The notes under the pieces are model-generated. The model saw nothing but the letters and a program-made list of their open reading frames with translations. It searched no databases and had not been told where the DNA came from. From contig OY761556.1 in NCBI GenBank assembly GCA_963664705.1, forward strand, positions 4,832,001 to 4,896,000: a stretch of 64,000 bases of DNA. The letters run 5' to 3'. This DNA comes from Acidobacteriota bacterium (GTDB taxonomy: Bacteria > Acidobacteriota > UBA6911). The position numbers and the translations under genes are program-made. Position 1 is the first letter of the stretch. Each line of letters starts with the position of its first letter. Shown one piece after another: positions 39,765 to 49,244 of this stretch.

Positions 39765-41384
39765 CTATTTGACGTTCTTGTTTGAAGGCAACGCACATAC
39801 AAAACTGGCAGCGTCGTCCGTATTTCCGCTTCCTTTGTACTTTGCAACCTGAGGATATGGACACAACGGACGCGTTCGATCCACTTTGCCGGCCGCTGAA
39901 TGGGAGGCAATAATCTGATCGGGCGCCGTATCCCTTTCCACCCACTGCTCCAGAGAGGCAAGCGCATCAAAGCTATTCGGTCCGGAACCGCCGCCGCAAT
40001 GAGCCATCCCGGGCGCCATAAAGAGTCGCACGAATTCATCCGACTTCCTGACGCCTCCGTTTTTCTTTTGAACGCTTTCAAAATACTGAACCGTGTTTCT
40101 TGGAGCAATATTCTGGTCCAGCCACCCGTGGTACATAATCATTTTGCCGCCGCGCTGTGCAAAGAGAGCTAGATCCGGATTGGTTGAGTCCAGGACTGGA
40201 CCAAGTTTCCGGGATGCATCCTCCATGAACGCAAAGTTCTTTGAGTCGGAGAAGGAAAAATTCCTCCAGTTCCAATTCGGGTCCTTCATCACCATAAATT
40301 TGAAATAGGAAATAGGCGTATTAAAAGGATTGTTGATGTGCCCCGGCCACTGAGTTTCACTGCTTTTCTCATAGCCATACCAGAAGTTTCTCCCGGTAGA
40401 AGGATCCTTAGCCCCTTCGTAAATTTTCCTTACTGAATCCGCTTGAGCCGCGGTCAGGCAGGTTGGACGATCCGCCCCGGAACACTGGATCCTGGCGGGA
40501 TCGAAATTGCACTGCCTGGGATCCTCGATAACGCCATCCTTGATGCCATCTGACTCATCACATGCTTCGATCGCGGCATTGGTGATCAACGACAGTTTTT
40601 CGTTGGGGATGCGGCTGGCTTCATCTCTGTGGGTAACCCAGGCCGCATAAAGCTCCCCGGGCCAAAGGCGTGTTGGGAAATTTGCGGGTGCGCCGGCCAC
40701 GATACCGTTGTAATCGGCTGGGTATCGTTGAGCCTCGGAGAGCGCCTGACCGCCTCCACCCGAGCAACCGGTGAAGTACGAGTAGCGCGGATCCTGATTG
40801 TAGTACGCCTTGATGACTGTCTTCGCGGCGATCGCGGTCATGTGTATGGAACGCGATGCAAAATCAATGCGCAGTTTTTCATCAAGCGCCCAGGAGTCAT
40901 CCCCCATTTTGTCAACATGGCCGGTATCCGTGCTGGCCGTAGCATAGCCTCGCGCAATTGCCTGCATCATGGCATCGTAGTTGATGAAACCGGCAAGGCC
41001 ACCGTTTCCGACTCCATTAAATTTTCCATTCCATTTCCGTTCACCGGATAACAGTGGCAGCCAAATCTCAAAATTGATTGAAGGTTGCACCTTACCGGAT
41101 ACACGGCAAAAAGCAGGCATGGCATTTCCTGTGGCTGCCGAGCCTCGACCGATATCCGGCTTCCCTCCGAAAGGAGGCTGTCCGCCGCCGAGAGCAATTC
41201 CTCTGCCTGGAGGAATAAATTCGCCTGCCGACACCGATTGGGCGGCAACGATGTTTATTTCGGGAATTTTGAGGTTTTTCAGGCCCTCACAAGAGCCCGT
41301 CGTCACCTGACCGTATGCCGAGGCAATCGAAAGAATCATGGCAATGCTCAGGAATGCAGCGGAGCCAACTCTATAAGCTTTCAT
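39765..41384 (-). CDS. Tannase/feruloyl esterase family hydrolase (canonical)
   Basis: Signal peptide; GCSGGG, HGWLD, PGMAHC (CS-D-HC motif); start at ATG 41384. Confidence 0.92.
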   Translation of the reverse strand: MKAYRVGSAAFLSIAMILSIASAYGQVTTGSCEGLKNLKIPEINIVAAQSVSAGEFIPPGRGIALGGGQPPFGGKPDIGRGSAATGNAMPAFCRVSGKVQPSINFEIWLPLLSGERKWNGKFNGVGNGGLAGFINYDAMMQAIARGYATASTDTGHVDKMGDDSWALDEKLRIDFASRSIHMTAIAAKTVIKAYYNQDPRYSYFTGCSGGGGQALSEAQRYPADYNGIVAGAPANFPTRLWPGELYAAWVTHRDEASRIPNEKLSLITNAAIEACDESDGIKDGVIEDPRQCNFDPARIQCSGADRPTCLTAAQADSVRKIYEGAKDPSTGRNFWYGYEKSSETQWPGHINNPFNTPISYFKFMVMKDPNWNWRNFSFSDSKNFAFMEDASRKLGPVLDSTNPDLALFAQRGGKMIMYHGWLDQNIAPRNTVQYFESVQKKNGGVRKSDEFVRLFMAPGMAHCGGGSGPNSFDALASLEQWVERDTAPDQIIASHSAAGKVDRTRPLCPYPQVAKYKGSGNTDDAASFVCALPSNKNVK

Positions 41385-41579
41385 TTTCTTTTCCTTATGC
41401 AAAAGATGTGCCGACCGGATCCAGGCTAACAATTCCGCATAACGAATCTTGAAACCATCTCGGCTATAACGCAGGCATTTATGCAAGGAATCTCCACTAC
41501 CAGACAAGCGGCAGTATGGATTAGCCGGAAACGGGGCTGAACATCGAGGCTCCCTGCAAATTTCGGTACATGAGCCCGA

Positions 41580-43079
41580 TTATGGGAAGTGCGTTCCTGG
41601 TGGCTTCGTTTCTCTCAGGATGTAAGCTTTCGCTGTTCGGCGATCAAGTCCGGCACGCCTGGCCACTTCCTCATAGGTACCCAAACGCTCATACAGAAGC
41701 CGGCAATAGCCGGCCAGCAGGGAATCCGCCGGCAGGGACCCGGATGAGATACCGGCCTGCAGCCTGGCGCACAGATCGGGGGCCAGGGCCTGTTGATCGG
41801 CTCTGTATTCACGCGTCAGCAACACGCGCCGAACTGCCTGTTCGAGTTCGCGCACATTCCCCGGCCACGAATAGTGTTTTCCCGGAGACTCCAGAATGGC
41901 GGTACGGATCTTCTCCACGATCTCGTGCGAAGATTCTCCAGTCAGACGGTTGACTATCAGGGTGATCAGGTCTTTGAGCTCTTCCGGTTCCTCGACAATG
42001 CGCTGCCGCAGCGGTGGAACCTCGATGACATCCGAGCAAAGTCGATAATAAAAATCCTCTCGAAACTGGCCGCCCGCCCGCAGCTTCTCCAATGGTTTGT
42101 TCGTCGCCGCGATGACCCGTCCGCGGAATCGCAGCTTCTCGTGAGAGCCGACCGGCGAGAAAATTCGCTCCTGAAGAACGTGCAGCAGTTTAATCTGGAT
42201 TGGGATGCTGGCATCTCCAATCTCATCAAGAAATATCGCTCCGTAAGGGCTGCACCGGGCAAATATGCCCTGATGGGCCTCAACCGCTCCCGTGAAAGCA
42301 CCCTTGCGATGTCCAAACAGCTCAGATTCAATCAGATTTTCGGGAAACTGCGAAAGATTCAACGAGGTGAAACTGCCGGTAAAACTGTCGGCGAACACTC
42401 CCTTTTTCTCATCAAAGGGAATAAACCCCGAACGGCCGATCGCGGCGGCCGCCGCCCCTTTGCCGGCTCCCGTCTCCCCAAATAGCATCGTGGAGAAATC
42501 TTCCATCCGGTTCCACAGGTGCCGCTCATAGAGACGGATGTCGTGCGTGAACACGTTGTTCCAAAGATGGCGGCGCAGCTGCTTCATAGACTCGCTGCTC
42601 CCGACCAGGCCGCGATCAATGAAGTAGAATGCGCGACGGATCTGGAACAGGATCGCGAAATATCGCCTGGCTTCATCCGGTGTAAATCCACGCCGAACAA
42701 GAAGGCGCAGGACATCCCCCGCGATCCGAACGGGAACCGAGCGCTCACCGGCCGCGACCTGATCCACAATCAGCTCATCCAGCTGCGGCATAAACCGATA
42801 ATAGATGTCGAACATGAGAGCATAGCGGACCAGTTGCCTGTCCTCGCCGCCATATCGACGCATATCATCCAGCCCGCCCGCCTCCATGCGCCGGACCTCT
42901 TCGCTCACCCGGGAGACAATTCGCTTGTTCTGTTCATCAACGGGGACCGAAGCGTCGCACCCGGCAATCTGCAACTGGAGCTTGAAATAGGCATCGCTGA
43001 ATGGATTGGTAGCCGCCGCTTCCGCGAGCAACCGAAGGAAATCGCGATCACGACCTGACAAGCTGTTGGCATGGGTCAT
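41580..43079 (-). CDS. Sigma54-dependent transcriptional activator (bEBP)
   Basis: GETGAGK, ESELFGHRKGAFTGA, IFLDEIG, FREDFYYRL, WPGNVRELEQ, C-terminal HTH. Confidence 0.92.
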   Translation of the reverse strand: MTHANSLSGRDRDFLRLLAEAAATNPFSDAYFKLQLQIAGCDASVPVDEQNKRIVSRVSEEVRRMEAGGLDDMRRYGGEDRQLVRYALMFDIYYRFMPQLDELIVDQVAAGERSVPVRIAGDVLRLLVRRGFTPDEARRYFAILFQIRRAFYFIDRGLVGSSESMKQLRRHLWNNVFTHDIRLYERHLWNRMEDFSTMLFGETGAGKGAAAAAIGRSGFIPFDEKKGVFADSFTGSFTSLNLSQFPENLIESELFGHRKGAFTGAVEAHQGIFARCSPYGAIFLDEIGDASIPIQIKLLHVLQERIFSPVGSHEKLRFRGRVIAATNKPLEKLRAGGQFREDFYYRLCSDVIEVPPLRQRIVEEPEELKDLITLIVNRLTGESSHEIVEKIRTAILESPGKHYSWPGNVRELEQAVRRVLLTREYRADQQALAPDLCARLQAGISSGSLPADSLLAGYCRLLYERLGTYEEVARRAGLDRRTAKAYILRETKPPGTHFP

Positions 43080-43219
43080 GCAAATAATGTACATCAGGTT
43101 TGCCAAATTCGTACAACAAACGATGTATCCCCTCTGCGAATTCCATCGTGAATACAGGGGAGGGCGAGGTATTTGGGCAGGGACGCCCGGAGGAAAAGCA
43201 GGGTCGTTGGCCGAGGGCT

Positions 43220-43249
43220 GATTTCAGATTTCAGATTCCAGATTTCAGA
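43220..43249. repeat. Heptamer microsatellite
   Basis: gatttcagatttcagattccagatttcaga. Confidence 0.75.
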
Positions 43250-43299
43250 AGCTCAAAATCGGGGGCTGATTCCAATATTGAATTTTCGACCCTGACTTT

Positions 43300-43587
43300 T
43301 CAACAGGATAAGGCCGGGGTGTTGTCCATCTCCTCGATGAAGCTGTTCAGAACGGCGATGATCTCCTCGGCTCTCGGCAATTCATCCTGGCTTAAACCGT
43401 GAACCTGGATGTCTCCACGAAACGATATGGCGAACTGTTGTCCTTCAGGAACGATTTCGTAAGAGTCGGATTTGGGAATTGCACGGGATATCTTCAGCAA
43501 GCGCAAACGCTGGCCGCAGCTGTTGCAGGAAATGGTCAATGCCGGGATCTCTTCATTGCATGAAGGGCAGAGCGCATTTTCGTACAT
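43300..43587 (-). CDS. Small Zn-ribbon protein of unknown function
   Basis: AAGGAG RBS; CPSC-x10-CNSC; similar to the C-terminus of 4319-5047. Confidence 0.75.
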   Translation of the reverse strand: MYENALCPSCNEEIPALTISCNSCGQRLRLLKISRAIPKSDSYEIVPEGQQFAISFRGDIQVHGLSQDELPRAEEIIAVLNSFIEEMDNTPALSC

Positions 43588-44048
43588 GCCACGCTCCTTT
43601 TATATCAGTGTGGATCGAACGGTTGTGGGGGGGGGCCAATTTTCAAATAATCAAACGGATGGGATTGTAATCTTTCGCAGGAAAAAGCATTGTGATTTTG
43701 ATCACGGTCAGAGAAATAGCTATGCGGTTGGAAGCTGTGCTCCGAGGGTTTCTTTCATTCTTTTTGGAAACGACCGCGCCGCTTCGTTTCCCGGGAAACC
43801 AATCTCCTGGACTTCAAACAGGAAAATGTACCTGAAAAATAGGCTCCGGTCAGCGTACTATATCTATGGACCGCTTGACCACAAACCCTATTTCTATATG
43901 AATCAATGAGCTGCGAACAACGTTGGAGATCCATCGATGAGATTTGAATGCAGAACAAAAATCCAGATTGCTCTTGTTATATTGTGCCTGCAGATCGGCC
44001 TGGTTCCCAGTGATGCCCCGGCAGAGATGAAGAAAAGGGAGATTGTTT

Positions 44049-45581
44049 ATGGGTAAATATCTGGTGCGGATCCTGTTGGTAGCAGCTCTTGGCGTCATTC
44101 TCTTTGTTACGCCTATAGCCGCAGCAACTTGTGAGAGTGTTGCATCACTTGCATTGCCGGATGGAAAGATCACCTCGGCAACCCTGATCGCCGCAGGTTC
44201 GTTCACGCCTCCTGGCGGCGGGCTTATGATGGGCGGACCGGGTGGCTCCTCGGCCTTTAAATCGGCTCCCGCATTCTGCCGAGTCACTGCCACGCTTACG
44301 CCAACACCCGATTCAGACATCAAGATAGAGGTCTGGATGCCGGCGGATAACTGGAATAGCAAACTTGTCGGCATCGGCAACGGAGTATGGGCCGGCAGCA
44401 TCAGCTATTCGGCCCTGGCAGAGCCTCTGGCAAAGGGCTACGCCACCGTCGCAACCGATACCGGCCACGTTGGCACCGGAATGGATGCAAAATGGGCCGT
44501 CGGTCACAAGGAAAAGCTGATTGATAATGGATATCGCGCCATTCATGAAATGACGGTGAAAGCCAAGGCCTTCATCAAAGCATACTACGGGCGCAAGGAA
44601 CAGCGGTCGCTTTGGGTCAGCTGCTCCACTGGAGGTCGACAAGGGCTCATGGAAGCCTATCGCTACCCGGAAGACTATACCGGCATCTCTTCGATGGCTC
44701 CGGCGAATCACTGGTCAAGGCTGATGATTGGATCATTATGGTCCGGCTATGTCACATCAAAAGATGATGCTCACAGAGTTACACTGGCAAAAATCAATGC
44801 TGTGCATAAAGCCTTCGTCAATCAATGCGATGAGAAAGATGGGCTGAAGGATGGAATTATCAGTGACCCTGAACGCTGCCGTTTCGATCCCGAAATCATC
44901 CAATGTAAAGAAGGAGACGGCAGCGACTGCCTGACCGCTCCACAGGTTGAAGCCATGCGACAGGTTTACGCCGGCGCAAAGAATCCGCGCACCGGAGAAC
45001 AGATTCTTGCCGGTTTTCAGCCCGGAAGTGAACAGCAATTGATGGCGCTGATTGGAGGAAAGGAGCCATTCCCGGCTGCCTACTCCTATTTCCGCGATGT
45101 TGTATTCAACAACCCCCAGTGGGATTACAAATCTTTTGACTATGACAGGGACCTCGCAGCAGCCTACAAAATCGGAAGTGAAATCCTCGACGTCCCGAGC
45201 GACGGGTTATCCAAATTTTTTAAAAATGGCGGGAAGCTCCTGCTTTCGCACGGCTGGTCGGACGGCCTGATTCCGGCAGGCGGGACTGCGGTTTTCTACA
45301 AATCGATGATTGCAAAGATGGATCCAAAGGCCGCCGATTCAGCCCGGCTATTTATGTTTCCGGGGATGGGTCACTGCGGTGGTGGCGAAGCCCCCGCGGT
45401 AGCAGATATGCTTACTGTGATCGATCAGTGGGTGGAAACGGGGAAAGCTCCGGAGCGTATCATTGCAACCAATCCGCCCAATCAAAAGCCGATGTCGCGC
45501 CCGATTTGCCCTTATCCGCAGACTTCAAAATACAAGGGCTCGGGAAGCACAGAGGATGCGGCCAATTTCGAGTGCAAATAG
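44049..45581 (+). CDS. Tannase/feruloyl esterase family hydrolase (canonical)
   Basis: Signal peptide; SCSTGG, HGWSD, PGMGHC. Confidence 0.92.
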   Translation: MGKYLVRILLVAALGVILFVTPIAAATCESVASLALPDGKITSATLIAAGSFTPPGGGLMMGGPGGSSAFKSAPAFCRVTATLTPTPDSDIKIEVWMPADNWNSKLVGIGNGVWAGSISYSALAEPLAKGYATVATDTGHVGTGMDAKWAVGHKEKLIDNGYRAIHEMTVKAKAFIKAYYGRKEQRSLWVSCSTGGRQGLMEAYRYPEDYTGISSMAPANHWSRLMIGSLWSGYVTSKDDAHRVTLAKINAVHKAFVNQCDEKDGLKDGIISDPERCRFDPEIIQCKEGDGSDCLTAPQVEAMRQVYAGAKNPRTGEQILAGFQPGSEQQLMALIGGKEPFPAAYSYFRDVVFNNPQWDYKSFDYDRDLAAAYKIGSEILDVPSDGLSKFFKNGGKLLLSHGWSDGLIPAGGTAVFYKSMIAKMDPKAADSARLFMFPGMGHCGGGEAPAVADMLTVIDQWVETGKAPERIIATNPPNQKPMSRPICPYPQTSKYKGSGSTEDAANFECK

Positions 45582-45664
45582 CCTAGGGAGAAGAACCACC
45601 ACGGATTTCACAAATCACCAACTCCACTTCGTGAGATCCGGGGTGCCTCTTTTGGAGGAGACTG

Positions 45665-47602
45665 ATGTTGACCAGCAAATATCCACACCTGCTTAAGCCG
45701 ATCAAGATTGGCAAATTGACATTGAAGAACCGCATTACCAATGCGCCAACCTATAATTTTCTGGCTTCCTACGATAACCACATAACCCGCGAGGGAATCG
45801 AGTTTTCGAAACCGGTTGGCCAGGGCGGCGCTGCCACCGTTACGCTGGGCAGCGGCTTCATCAACCGGGTATTGCCGCCTGCCGCCCGCCACATTGTCGG
45901 GCTGAATGACGATTGGGTTGTCACCTATTTGTCGGAGTGGTGTGAAGCCGTCAAACGGTATGGCGCAAAGGCTTGTGTGGAACTGGTGCCCATCGCGTCC
46001 TACTTCGGCACACACGAGGTAGAGAGTTCCGTCGGAATTCCCATGGAAATCGATTGCAATCTTTTGACCCTGCAGGAGCTTCAGGATTTCATTGCGGACT
46101 ACGCAAAATCAGCGCGCCATGTTCTAAAGGCTGAGGGGGACATGGTTTTGATTCACGGCGCTCACTGCCAGTTGCCTGCGCTGCTTTTTTCCAAGGTTTT
46201 CAACCGGCGAACCGATCAGTATGGCCCACAATCCTTCGAAAACCGGTGCCGTTTTGCGGTGGAAGTCCTGGATGCTATTCGTGCCGAAGTGGGCGACAAA
46301 CTGGCAATCGAGTATCGCATCAGCGCAATCGATATGGTTCCCGGATCGCCGGATATTGAAGAGGTCATCGAGTTTGCAAAGCGGATCCAGGGGAAGATTG
46401 ACCTGCTTCATATTTCGCGCGGCAACCTGGCCATCAACAAACAGACGCCCTTCATTTTTCCCCCGGCCTACATGGAACATGGAATCAATATTGAGCTGGC
46501 CGCTCAGTTCAAAAAGGCTTTGCAGATACCCGTCAGCGTCGTTGGAGCAGTCAGCCTGGAACAGGCGGAAGAGGCTATCGCTTCAGGCAAAGTCGATATG
46601 GTTGCGCTATGCCGTCAGCTTATAGCGGATCCGGAAACGCTCAACAAGCTGGAGCGCGGCCTGGAAGACGAGGTCCGGCCTTGTCTCCGATGCAATACCT
46701 GTATCAGCAGAAGCCATTTCGGATCGAAGCCGCCCAGATGCGCGGTGAATCCCCTGTGCGGACGCGAACTGGATTACATCCATTACCCGGCCCCAAAGCG
46801 GTCGAAAAAGGTAGTGGTCGTGGGGGGCGGACCTGCAGGTCTTGAAGCTTCAAGAATTCTCGCGGCACGGGGCCATCACGTGGTCCTGTTCGAAAAATCC
46901 GCTGAACTGGGTGGGCTTCTGTACAAGGCCGCCAAATCTCCCCTGAAATCCGACTTGAAACAGTATCTTGATTGGTCCATTCGCCTGACGAGCCGCTGCG
47001 AAAAAGTCGAGCTGAAAACCGGCATTGAAGCAACCGTGGAACGCATTGCCGAGGAGCATGCAGATGCGTTGATTCTGGCGATCGGAGGAACGCCGGTAAT
47101 TCCCAAGCTTTCGTTTTCTGATAAATCAAAGGTCGTCTGGGTGGGCGATATCGATGATGACGATGTCCGGGTGGGAAAAAACGTTTTGATTGCAGGCGCC
47201 GGCCTGACCGGTTGTGAGACGGCCTTGAGATATCTTCAGTCGGGCAGGAATGTGACTCTGATCGATGCCCTGCCCCGCGAAGAGCTTGGTTCAGGCAGCT
47301 CGCCCATCAATGCCTATGCCCTTTTCAACATTCTCGCGGATTACGCTAATCTCGAACTGCGGACCCAGACAAAATTGGCGGATGTGACAAAGGAGAATGT
47401 CACGGTCATCAAGGATGGCAAAAAGGAAACTCTGGTTTTTGATACGGTTATTCTTGCGATGGGAACACAGGTCGACATGGCGCTGATCAGCCGTTTAAGA
47501 GCCACCGTTGCGGAGTGCTATGTGGTTGGAAACTGCAGCGGAAAATCAAACACTGTCTGGAATGCCACGACCAGCGCCTTCGATGCAGCCATGGTCATCT
47601 GA
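45665..47602 (+). CDS. NADH:flavin oxidoreductase (OYE barrel, 4Fe-4S, FAD; enoate reductase/BaiCD-like)
   Basis: LKNRI, HGAH, NRRTDQYG, CLRCNTC...CAVNP, VVGGGPAG, GAGLTGCE. Confidence 0.9.
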   Translation: MLTSKYPHLLKPIKIGKLTLKNRITNAPTYNFLASYDNHITREGIEFSKPVGQGGAATVTLGSGFINRVLPPAARHIVGLNDDWVVTYLSEWCEAVKRYGAKACVELVPIASYFGTHEVESSVGIPMEIDCNLLTLQELQDFIADYAKSARHVLKAEGDMVLIHGAHCQLPALLFSKVFNRRTDQYGPQSFENRCRFAVEVLDAIRAEVGDKLAIEYRISAIDMVPGSPDIEEVIEFAKRIQGKIDLLHISRGNLAINKQTPFIFPPAYMEHGINIELAAQFKKALQIPVSVVGAVSLEQAEEAIASGKVDMVALCRQLIADPETLNKLERGLEDEVRPCLRCNTCISRSHFGSKPPRCAVNPLCGRELDYIHYPAPKRSKKVVVVGGGPAGLEASRILAARGHHVVLFEKSAELGGLLYKAAKSPLKSDLKQYLDWSIRLTSRCEKVELKTGIEATVERIAEEHADALILAIGGTPVIPKLSFSDKSKVVWVGDIDDDDVRVGKNVLIAGAGLTGCETALRYLQSGRNVTLIDALPREELGSGSSPINAYALFNILADYANLELRTQTKLADVTKENVTVIKDGKKETLVFDTVILAMGTQVDMALISRLRATVAECYVVGNCSGKSNTVWNATTSAFDAAMVI

Positions 47603-47611
47603 GCCAATCTC

Positions 47612-47654
47612 GGTGGAATTCGTGGCTAAAAGTCCATTCGCCACGAATTCCACC
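47612..47654. terminator. 15-bp-stem hairpin between convergent genes
   Basis: ggtggaattcgtggc / gccacgaattccacc; shares its core with the 136-bp repeat palindrome. Confidence 0.6.
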
Positions 47655-47762
47655 CCTTCCGCAAAAGCCTCGCTAAAACGAACTCTATTTACATCAGGTT
47701 TTGGCGCCGTGAGGATGGTTCTGTGATTACTCGAAACAAAAAGCTATCCTGCTGGACCAGAG

Positions 47763-48866
47763 CTATTGAATGCTCTGTATCTGCTCTGACATCCCTTGTT
47801 CGAAATTGCTCCATCCAGAGTTCATTCCATAGGGGCATCGTTGCAGAACAGCTTCAATACGACGGATTTTTCCTTTCTCTATCTTGAAAAGCTCCGCCTG
47901 CTGCCAGGTCCACGGCTCCGTTGGGCCGGCCACGACATCGCGACCGTCGGGCGTCTTGAAATAGCGTGTCTTGCCCGCGCCATGATCAAAGAAATTGAAG
48001 GTGAATACAATTCCGCGTTCGCGATCCACCGCGGCGAAGCGCCGGTCACGAATTCGGGAAACAAAGTGCATGAGACCGGACTCAAACTGCTTTTTGCACC
48101 CCCACGCGGAGGAATAGACTTTTTCCTTAACCGCATCCGGCATCTTTTCTCCCGGCTTCAGCGGAACATTGGTTGCTCTATTCCCATTTTCAATACGATC
48201 GCAGTCATCGGTGAAGGGATAATGCCCTTTGCCGTCATTCCGCTGCAATCCGGAGAAGTAATAATTGGCGGTTTTGATCATTTCCTCCCGCGAAGCCCGC
48301 TCCGCTTCAGGAATCGATTCCATATACACGGCGTGAGGCGCACCCATTTTCTCAATGCTCTCGGCGGCAGATGGCGGACGTTTGCGGGTCGGATCGAGTA
48401 GATTGCTTTCCGGTCGGATCACGAGCTGCTCCGCTTCGGCAATCACCCCCTTGGATATCTTCAGGCGAAGCGCAACCACCACGGGATTGCCTTCTCCTGG
48501 CGCGCCGGATTCCTCGCGGGCTGTACCGATAAATGCAACCTGCTGGGTCTCAATATCCGGAACATAAAATTTGTAAGTCCCTTTTCCAACCATGCTCGCC
48601 CATAGCCCCTCGTTTCCGAACTGCAATTGCACTCCATTCTCCGTAAACCGGACACTATCGGCAAAAAGGGCTTTGTCGGGTTCATGCTTGAGCATTGCAT
48701 CCATATATTTGTCGACGTAGCCTTCCAGGCAGGCGCGGTCACAAGCGCTTGGAGGAACAGCTTTCTGCGCAACTGCTGTTTCGGGAGAGGCGCTATCAGA
48801 AGCAGGTTTTTGACAGGCGACAACCATGAACGAAAACGCCATAACGGCGAGGCATTTCTTCCACAT
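47763..48866 (-). CDS. Hypothetical lipoprotein
   Basis: GGAGGAG RBS; lipobox VVAC; CDRACL, RFTENG, CDRIENG; apparently two related halves. Confidence 0.75.
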   Translation of the reverse strand: MWKKCLAVMAFSFMVVACQKPASDSASPETAVAQKAVPPSACDRACLEGYVDKYMDAMLKHEPDKALFADSVRFTENGVQLQFGNEGLWASMVGKGTYKFYVPDIETQQVAFIGTAREESGAPGEGNPVVVALRLKISKGVIAEAEQLVIRPESNLLDPTRKRPPSAAESIEKMGAPHAVYMESIPEAERASREEMIKTANYYFSGLQRNDGKGHYPFTDDCDRIENGNRATNVPLKPGEKMPDAVKEKVYSSAWGCKKQFESGLMHFVSRIRDRRFAAVDRERGIVFTFNFFDHGAGKTRYFKTPDGRDVVAGPTEPWTWQQAELFKIEKGKIRRIEAVLQRCPYGMNSGWSNFEQGMSEQIQSIQ

Positions 48867-49244
48867 AACTCCTCCTTTGTTATTTATAAGTAATGAGGTG
48901 CCCTACATCAAAAGATAAGTCAGTGATAACTTACTTTAAAGCCGTTCGAGTGCGAGTGTCAACCGGGTTGCCGCTATCAGGGCGGTGAAGCCCGTGCCAC
49001 TGATGCCACCCGGCAGTGCCCCCCCCCGGCACAGAAAAACAGATTAATAACTTCCAATGAGCTTGAGCTTCATCCTAGAATATGGCTACCAGGAATTAAA
49101 CAAAGAATTAAAACCAATGCTTAATTGTGCCATCTATTCTTCGAAGAATTGGACAACCGGCACAAAATCCCATAGTCGTGGGAACCACCGATTTATCCCA
49201 AGAGTATTTTTCCTTGTAAGCATTGTTGGGCTGGAGAATGCCAT

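Noticed and set aside
41480-41500. Sigma54 promoter for the tannase at 41384
   Set aside because: GG-to-GC spacing is 9 nt, not the required 10
43836-43895. Imperfect hairpin as a possible sRNA
   Set aside because: Single copy with weak pairing and no family match; not enough evidence
39765-45581. Calling the tannase paralogs MHETases
   Set aside because: The CS-D-HC motif is family-wide, and substrate cannot be inferred without lid-domain comparison or assays
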